A stretch of DNA of 64,000 nucleotides from an uncultured Planctomycetaceae bacterium. Lineage in GTDB: Bacteria; Planctomycetota; Planctomycetia; Planctomycetales; Planctomycetaceae. Numbering within the stretch: position 1 is the stretch's first letter; every line of letters begins with the position of its first letter. Shown one piece after another: positions 56,234-64,000 of the stretch. Under the pieces are notes generated by a model. The model did no database searches and had not been told where the DNA came from. It saw only the letters and a program-made list of their open reading frames with translations. The DNA is taken from the NCBI GenBank assembly GCA_963813715.1, contig CAWFAK010000005.1, positions 1,248,001 to 1,312,000 on the forward strand, in the 5' to 3' direction. The translations under genes and the position numbers were made by a program.

Positions 56234-56380
56234 GAATCGTCCTTTGTGCCAGGCTGCGGCCGACGCTTTGGCCGCGACTTCCACCCGGAGCGTCGAGCGT
56301 CGATTGTAGCGTCTGGGGATCGCAATTTCCCGCGGCCGTGCACGCAGGACTGGCCCGGGATCGAAACTGCTCGACGCCCT

Positions 56381-57219
56381 CTAGGTGCCGGCCGGCCAGT
56401 CGCCCGTGAAGACCTCGGCCGCGGGTCCCGTCATTTCGACTTCCCCGCCGCTCGTCCAGTTCAGCTCGAGATCGCCGCCCGGCAGGTGCGTCACAATCTG
56501 GCGATCGGTAAGCCCCGCCAGGACGCCCGCTACGGCCGCCGCGCAGGCGCCCGTGCCGCAGGCCTGCGTCTCGCCCGAGCCGCGCTCCCACACTCGCAGC
56601 ACCGTTTCCGTGCGTGACAGCACTTTCACAAATTCCGCGTTCACGCGGTTGGGAAAGGCCGGGTGACGCTCGATCTGCGGTCCAACTCGTAGCACCAAAT
56701 CGTCGGTGATCTCGTCGACGAATGTCACACAATGCGGATTGCCCATCGAGACGCACGTCACCTTGAGCGAGCGGCCGGCGACGTCGAGCGGAACGAGCAC
56801 GGGCGGGTCGCCCGGCAGTCGCGTCGGAATCTCCGCGCTCTTGAGGATCGGCTGCCCCATGCCGACGCGCACCCGATCCACAGGCCGTTGGCGGCCAACA
56901 CCTGGAGCGTGAGCACGCCACGCCCGGTCTCAATGCGAAGCGTCTCTTTGCGGGCGATTCCGTGGTCGTAGACAAACTTGGCCACGCACCGCACGCCGTT
57001 GCCGCACATTTCGGCTTCGCTGCCGTCCGCGTTAAACATCTGCATCCGCGCGTCGGCCACCGTCGACGGACGAATGAGAATCAGGCCGTCCGAGCCGATC
57101 CCCTTGTGGCGATCGCTGACGAGGCGTGCCAACTCGGACAGGTCGCCCGGCGGCGTCTGCTCGAAGCAATTGACGTAGACGTAGTCGTTGCCGGCTCCGT
57201 GCATCTTGGTGAAACGCAT
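56381..57219 (-). CDS. dapF: Diaminopimelate epimerase (frameshift near 56885)
   Basis: [37 protein letters not shown]. Confidence 0.96.
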
Positions 57220-57233
57220 GACCAGTCTCGCAA

Positions 57234-58250
57234 TCAGGCTTTCGGCCGCAGGCCGCGGAACACCGAACGCCGCATCGGATTGTCCCGCGAGGTGAATTCT
57301 TCGTCGGCTGCGGCCGGACCGGCAAGCGCGCCGGCCAGCATGTGAAACTTGGCGTCGACGTCGTCGGCAAAGTAGACCAACAACGCCTCGGGTGTGCGCG
57401 GCTCGACTGGCGAACCCCACTCGGGCAGGTTTTGATGCGCCAGGATGATGTGCTCGAGCCGCAGCAGCGTTTCGCGATCCAGGCCCTCGACGTGACGCCC
57501 CCGGTCCCGCACGAAGTCGCGGCCCAGGACGATGTGGCCGATCAGCTCGCCTTCGGCCGTGCGTCGCATCCCGACGAGCGGGCCTTCCAACTCGACCAGT
57601 TTGCCGATGTCATGCAAGATGGCCCCGGCGATGACCAGCGATTTGTTGAGTGGCGGCTGCAGGTCGGGGTAGTCGGCCGCGTACTTGTCGGCCAGAAAGC
57701 GGGCGTTGCGCGTCACGGAAAGGACGTGCTCCAAAAATCCTCCCAGATACGCGTGATGGTTCTTGAGTGCCGCCGAGCCGCGCTTGATGGCGTCGGCATG
57801 CTCGTCCAGGATCCCGACAACCAATCGCCGCAGAGGTTCGCTCTCGATTCGCTCTTGGGCCAGCGTTCGCAGTTCGACGAACATGGCTTCGATGTCGAAA
57901 CGGGTCGATTTGACGAGGGCCGTTTCATCGAAGCCGTCGGCGCGATCCGCCTCTTCCGCCGCGCGGATTTTTTCGAGTTCGAGCTGCAGCCCGTACGAGC
58001 TTTCCACCAGCCGACAGCGGACTTTGTAGAACGTGCCCACCTTCCACGTGGTGTCGCACGCCTCGAAACAGGGCGAATCCGACCAGACCATCGCCGTCGC
58101 GGCTCGACCCGAATCGGAGAATGTCACTCGGTAGTAGGGCTTTCCGTCGCGCGTGGTCGCCCGGTCGCGGCCGGACAGCAGCACGAAGCAATCGGCTTGC
58201 TGCCCCGGCTTCAATTCGACCAATCGCACGATTTTGGCATCTCCGGGCAT
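57234..58250 (-). CDS. YhaM-like OB-fold + HD domain nuclease
   Basis: GKPY OB-fold, [29 protein letters not shown]. Confidence 0.88.
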   Translation of the reverse strand: MPGDAKIVRLVELKPGQQADCFVLLSGRDRATTRDGKPYYRVTFSDSGRAATAMVWSDSPCFEACDTTWKVGTFYKVRCRLVESSYGLQLELEKIRAAEEADRADGFDETALVKSTRFDIEAMFVELRTLAQERIESEPLRRLVVGILDEHADAIKRGSAALKNHHAYLGGFLEHVLSVTRNARFLADKYAADYPDLQPPLNKSLVIAGAILHDIGKLVELEGPLVGMRRTAEGELIGHIVLGRDFVRDRGRHVEGLDRETLLRLEHIILAHQNLPEWGSPVEPRTPEALLVYFADDVDAKFHMLAGALAGPAAADEEFTSRDNPMRRSVFRGLRPKA

Positions 58251-58477
58251 TCCGTCACTTTATCGCTTGGCGGCCCGCCTAAAAAGAGGCCGCCCAAGGG
58301 CGCACGGCTCGCGAGGACGGCGAGTGGGCGGCCGCGGAGCATTCCTCCGTTTCGGCATGAAGCCGGTTCCGCTGCCGGCATTCGGTACCTCTGGCCCGTG
58401 CCGGGTGATAGACTGCGGAGTTTGAGCAACCTTTTCGGAGGTGTCCGCCCTTCACACACGAACGACGGAAAGCTGGT

Positions 58478-60884
58478 ATGGACTGCCACCGCATTTCGAC
58501 GCGAGCCCTCGGTTCCCTGTTCCTCTTCTGGACGTTGCTCGGACTCGCGGGGGACGGACTAACCGGCCGACGAGCCCCGCAAGCAGCCGATCAAAGCCGT
58601 TCGCCCGAAATCGACCGACGAAACCGATTTCGGCCAGTACTACGGCTTCAAGCCGGTCGAAGTCGTCAAGCTCGAGCCGCGGGTGAGCAACCTGCTGGCG
58701 GGCGACTTCAACAACGACGGCCTGGGCGACCTGGCACTCTTCGACAACGGGCATGCGCGGATCGACCTCTTGCTGCAACGGCGGCGGCCCGCCGAAGCGT
58801 CCGCAGACACGACGCCCCTGGACGTCAACGAGGTTGCCAGCGATGGGCGCTTCGAGCACAAGAAAATCCCGCTCGACAAACAGCTGGCCTCGATGGCGAT
58901 GGGCGACTTCAACGGGGACGGTCGCACGGACCTCGCCTGTTTCGGTCTGCCCGACCACCTGCTCATTCTCTATCAGCCGGCCAAGGGCGAATGGCACGAA
59001 CACGCCTCGATGCGCGTGCCCGACGTGGCTCCCGTGCAATGGAACATGGCGGCCGGCGACGTGAATGGCGACGGCAAGGACGACCTGGTCGTTCTGGGCA
59101 GGCACCAAACCTATATCTTCCTGCAGGAAGCCAAGGGAGGACTCGCCCCGCCCATCGTGCTGATGAACACGTCCGAAAAACTGTCGCTGGCCCAGGTCGC
59201 CGACCTCAACGGCGACGGCCGCAAAGACCTTGTGTATGTCGCCGGCGAAGGGCAGGAGCGGACGCTGTGCGCCCGGTTGCAGGACGATTCCGGTCGCTTG
59301 GGTCCCGAGCTGCAGTTCGAGGTCGATCCGCCGCGTTCCGTCTCCTACGCGGACCTCGACGGCCATAAGGGCCGCGAGATCCTGACCATCGACAACCAGA
59401 CGGGGCGTCTGAAGATTCTGCAAATGGAACCGGCCAAGAAAGGTGACGATGAACCGGCCGGACGCCTCGTGCAAACCGGCTTCGGCCGCCAGGAGTCGGG
59501 CGATCGGACCCGCGACGTTGCGCTGGGAGACATCGACGGCGACGGGCTGGCCGACCTCGTGGTCACCGATCCCGAAGGGGCCGGCGTCTTCGTTTTCCGT
59601 CAGCACAAGGGGGAGGGTCTCGATCCCGGGCAGACGTTCCCCAGTTTTGCCGGCGTGGCCCAGGTGCGGATTGCCGATCTCGACGGCGACAAGGCCAACG
59701 AGGTCGTCGTGCTCAGCACCAAGGAGCGAGCGATCGGCATCAGTCGCTTTCAAAACGGACGTCTGACGTTTCCCGAAACAGTGCCTCTGGGAGAAGACGA
59801 GCCGCTCTTGCTGGAGATCGCCGATCTCAACGGCGACAAGAAGCCGGAGATTCTCTACATCTCTCGCGTGCGCGCGTCTGGTGGCAACACCCAATACGTG
59901 CTGCACGCGCTGGAACGGGCGGACAAAAAATGGCGGCCCTTCGCCTTCGGCTCCGGCAAGCGGACCGACTTGCCGCTCGACCTGCAAGGGACGCCGACGC
60001 AGCTCTTGCGTCTGGAGACGAATCGCGATGGCCGGCCGAACTTCCTGCTCTTTCAGGAGGAGAGCGATCGCGGGCCGTTGCTGTTAGCGACGGCGGCCGA
60101 CGGCAAAATCGCGCCCGTACCCGTTGAGGACAGTCCGCGCTTGGGAACGGCGCGGCCGGGGGCCGTCTTCCTCACGCAGGATGCGGCGCCGACGCTGCTC
60201 GTCGCGCAGGAAAACTTTGCCCGCAAACTGCAGCGCGCGAAAGATTCGAGCTGGCGCGTCGTCGATCAATACAACGCGTCCGAGCCCTCGGCCAAGATCG
60301 TGGGCGCGGCGATGATCGATCTCGACGGCAAGCCCGGGCGCGAGATCGTGCTGGTCGACACGGGAATCCGCAAGATTCGCGTGCTGCGTAAAGAGGGGGA
60401 CGTCTTTCGCCCCTGGAAGGAAATCGAGCTGGGATCATTCCCCTACGAGTCGATTCGCGTGGCCGATCTCAACGGGGACGGTCGCGAAGATTTGCTGCTC
60501 ATCGGCCGCGGCCGCTTCGCCGTCCTTTACGCCGGCAAGATGCTGCCGACGCTCAACGAGCTGGGCACGTTCGAATCGAAGTTGGCGAAGACTTATTTCT
60601 CGGACGTGGTGGCCGGGGATCTGAACGGAGACGGCCGCACCGACCTGGCTCTGATCGACACGCAGTCGCATTTCATCGAAATTCTGCGGCTCGATGCCGA
60701 TCACCGGCCGCATCACGCCTTGCAATTCAAAGTCTTCGAAGAGAAGAGCTTCTCCGAGGGACGCGAGGGAGGGACCGAGCCGCGAGAAGGCGTGATCGCG
60801 GACGTGACCGGCGACGGCAAAGCCGACCTGATCCTGCTCTCGCACGACCGCGTGCTCGTCTATCCGCAGGATGACGGCAAGTAG
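58478..60884 (+). CDS. Secreted FG-GAP/VCBS repeat protein (frameshift near 58570)
   Basis: Many GD(F/L/V)NGDG..DL repeats; signal-like N-terminus in another frame. Confidence 0.9.
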
Positions 60885-60946
60885 CCCGGCTCAACGAGCC
60901 CGGCCTGTACCCGCGCAACGCCCTCGGGCGATCACTTGCGACGAGA

Positions 60947-61409
60947 TTAGTGGTGCGCGGCGGCCGGGGCTGCGTGCCCCGTGTCGTGCGAATCGCCGTG
61001 CCCGGCGTGATGGTGCTCTTCCTCGGCCGGTTCCTCGAACTGGCACCACGAGCCGCACGCACCCGAAAGCTGGACCGATCCGCACAGCAGCATGATGCAA
61101 ATCAGCGCGGTCACCAGCACCGTCTTGCCGACGAAGTTCCCCAGGGTCAGACCGAGGAATTGGTGGGCACCGGCGGCCGGCGGAGCGACCGTCCCCCAGA
61201 CGAGCACGGCCAAAAACCCGAGCAGGACGACGCCGACCCAGCCCGCCTTGCAGCAGGACCGACCGCAGCTTGGTCCAGTTGACGGCAAAGGTCCAAAAGG
61301 CGACCCAAGCGACGAGCGGGAGCAATGGCAACAACACCCGCCCGATACTGACGGCCAACACCGCCAGATCGTGGAAGAGGTCCAGCAGGTTGTTAAGTAC
61401 GGCGTCCAT
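60947..61409 (-). CDS. Hypothetical membrane protein with His-rich tail (frameshift near 61240)
   Basis: MDAVLNNLL...AWVAFWTFAVNW joined to GWVGVVLL...EEEHHHAGHGDSH. Confidence 0.75.
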
Positions 61410-61521
61410 GGAGTCAGCTTCTTCAAAATTCGGTAGGAACCGGCCAGAATGCGGATGTAACAAAAATCCTCTCGACTCGCCACCGTAGGCATTGTGGCTG
61501 CGACCTGACCGAGGAAGCACA

Positions 61522-61953
61522 ATGAGCACGTTGCCCGAAAATGACGGCACGAAGAACCAAGCGTCGCGATTAGTGGCCGGAGAGTCCAAAGGCCGAGCCA
61601 AGGAATCATTTCTCAATTGGTGGGGCTTCATTCCAGCTGCGGTCTTCATCGGATTGGAAATACTCTTCTGCCGGCCCGCCGGTGATCCGAACGCGGGCGA
61701 CGTGGACCGTCTCGTGGGCTACATTTGTGGGCACGCGATCTTCGGAATCGTGATTTCGCTTTTTGCGGCCTACCTCATGTACATGCTCACTCGAAAATCC
61801 CGCCTCGTTTCGACCTTGGCCTTCTCGTTCGGAATGGTTTTCTTCAGCCTGGTCGTGTTGGCAACTGCGGCGAACCAGCGAGCGCGCCAACGTGCAAGGC
61901 CCGGGGACGCCGCGGGCAGAGCCCGCTCGGCACAACTAAACGATGCGGCATGA
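61522..61953 (+). CDS. Hypothetical membrane protein (3 TM)
   Basis: GAGGA RBS, three hydrophobic segments, overlaps the MTase start. Confidence 0.6.
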   Translation: MSTLPENDGTKNQASRLVAGESKGRAKESFLNWWGFIPAAVFIGLEILFCRPAGDPNAGDVDRLVGYICGHAIFGIVISLFAAYLMYMLTRKSRLVSTLAFSFGMVFFSLVVLATAANQRARQRARPGDAAGRARSAQLNDAA

Positions 61954-63330
61954 GAGCGAACGGAGCGTCCTTTTTCCAAGCGGCAGCAAAGCCGCCTACG
62001 CGGAGGATCAAACGCCATGGCGGGCGCGAAACACGCTCTATTGCGGCGACAATCTCGATGTCCTGCGCCGCGACGGCCGCGATGATACGGTCGATCTGGT
62101 CTATCTCGATCCCCCGTTCAACAGCCAGCAGAACTATCACCTGCTGTTCCGTGGCCGCAACGGCACACGCCCCGTCCGTCCGGTCCGGGCGTTCGAGGAC
62201 ACGTGGTGCTGGGACGACGCCGCGGCCGCGTCGTTCCAGGAGACCCTCGCGAGCGGAGGCCGCGTTGCGGACGCTTTGGGGGCCTTTCGCCAGCTGCTCG
62301 GCGAATCGGACATGCTGGCCTACCTGTCGATGATGGCCCCGCGGCTCGTCGAGCTGCGGCGCGTGCTCAAAAGCAGCGGCTCGCTTTACCTGCACTGCGA
62401 TCCGTCCGCCGGGCATTATCTCAAGATCTTGCTCGACGCCGTTTTCGGACCGGAAAACTTCCGCAACGAAATCGTCTGGCGGCGGACCGGCGCCCACGGG
62501 CCGCGTCGCAGTTTCGGTCCCATTCACGACACGCTGCTCTTCTACTCGAAGACAGGCGAATACTTCTTTCAGGTCGTCAAACGGCCCTACATGAAGGGGC
62601 ACGTCGACTCGCGCTACGCGCTCGACGCCGCCACGGGACGCTACAAGTTCACGAGCGGCGGGAACGTGCTGACCGGGGCCAATGCCACGCAGGGAGAATC
62701 CGGGCCAGCCGTGGCGTGGCTTTGATCCCTCCGCGAAAAATCGGCACTGGGCGATTCCCGGCTTTCTCGCCGAACAGATGCCGCCAGAATTCGCGCGGCA
62801 GGGCGTGCTGGCCAAGCTCGAAGCACTCTACGCCGCCGGTCTCATCGAAATCCGACCCGGCGCGGCGTGGCCAACCCCTGTCCGCTATCTGCGCGACGAC
62901 GACGGCCATCCGTACGGCGACATCTGGGCCTATCAGCCCTACACCAACGGGGCCGTTCACGGCACGAAGGACGGGATCGACGCGGACGTCGCCTGGCTGG
63001 GGCCCACCGATCCTGAGCGGCTCGGCTACCAGACGCAGAAGCCGCTCGGCCTGCTTGGCGCGGATCATCGGCAGTTCGTGTCCGCCGCAGGGACTCGTGC
63101 TCGACCCGTTTTGCGGGAGCGGAACGACGATCGTGGCGGCGCAGGGTGCCTCGTGTCGTTGGATCGGCATCGAACAGAACCGGACGGCGATCGAATTGCT
63201 CCAAGAGCGGCTGCGCACCGACTTCGAGTGGGAGCCGAATCGTGATTATGCCGTCGTCGGTGAGCCGTCGATGCCTGCGGCAAAACGCCGGCGTAAGCCC
63301 GTGTCGGCGCAGGTTCGTTCCCGACGCTGA
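61943..63330 (+). CDS. Beta-class N6A/N4C DNA methyltransferase (2 frameshifts)
   Basis: [41 protein letters not shown]. Confidence 0.9.
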
Positions 63331-63342
63331 ATGAACGGCCGC

Positions 63343-64000
63343 CTACTCCTCCCAATCGAGCGAGCGGGCGACGGCTTTCTTCCAGCGCGTGTAGAGCTGT
63401 TGCCGCTTGTCCGCCGCCATCGCCGGTTTGAATTGCCGATCGAGGGCCCAGTTGCGGCGGACGTCTTCCTGGTCTTTCCAGAAACCGACTGCGAGTCCGG
63501 CGAGGTAGGCGGCGCCGAGGGCCGTCGTTTCCTGCACGACGGGCCGCTGCACGTCGACGCCCAACACGTCGGACTGAAACTGCATCAGCAGATTGTTGAC
63601 GGCCGCTCCGCCGTCGACTTTGAGCACGGCGAGCGGCGTGCCTGAATCCTGCTGCATGGCGTCGAGCACTTCGCGGGACTGATAGGCCATCGAATCGAGG
63701 GCCGCGCGAGCGAGGTGCGCAGGCCGTCGTTCCTCGCGTCACGCCGACGATCGTGCCGCGGGCCCCCTGGTTCCAATGCGGTGCGCCCAGTCCAACGAAC
63801 GCCGGGACAAGGAACACACCGCCGGCATCCGGAACCGAAGCGGCCAGCTTTTCGATATCGGCAGCGGTCGTGATCATCTTCAGGCCGTCCCGCAGCCATT
63901 GGACGACGGCCCCGGCGATGAAGACGGATCCTTCGAGACAATAGGTGACTTTGCCGCCGAGGCCCCAGCCGATCGTGGTGATCAGCCCGTTCTTCGACGC
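63343..64000 (-). CDS. glpK: Glycerol kinase, 3' part (frameshift near 63720)
   Basis: [47 protein letters not shown]. Confidence 0.95.

Noticed and set aside
57234..63330. Defence island (HD nuclease + DNA MTase)
   Set aside because: The HD protein is YhaM-like and co-oriented with dapF; intervening genes are unrelated; no other defence or mobility genes are present

Overview
GC-rich bacterial chromosomal window, very probably from a planctomycete (DUF1501 + DUF1549/DUF1553 + PPC-domain cluster, Ser/Thr kinase-WD40, long LRR and FG-GAP/VCBS proteins). It is mostly housekeeping: coaE-rho-ribH-nusB, rnd, tadA, rhaB, UvrD-type helicase, an orphan mraZ, mreB-mreC-mreD-PBP2-mnmA, rpmE2-prfA-prmC, rRNA methyltransferases, dapF and glpK. 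About 17 genes, including normally important ones (rho, mnmA, dapF, prmC, PBP2), are broken by single-base indels, which points to uncorrected long-read errors rather than real pseudogenes. I saw no rRNA, tRNA, CRISPR array, integrase or transposase. Best leads: (1) a pore-less voltage-sensor-like membrane protein with a C-terminal coiled coil; (2) three uncharacterised membrane-anchored genes behind a perfect sigma70 promoter, directly upstream of mreBCD-PBP2; (3) a Tat-exported flavin amine oxidase bracketed by a 44-bp duplication of the 3' end of the DUF1501 gene; (4) a GNAT/N-acyl synthase-PLP enzyme fusion; (5) an orphan mraZ with palindromic TGGG-N7-CCCA boxes upstream and a ~160-nt rod-like hairpin downstream; (6) a 33-bp tandem array of GTCCGGAC palindromes. 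All family calls come from motif recognition by eye, not from database searches.
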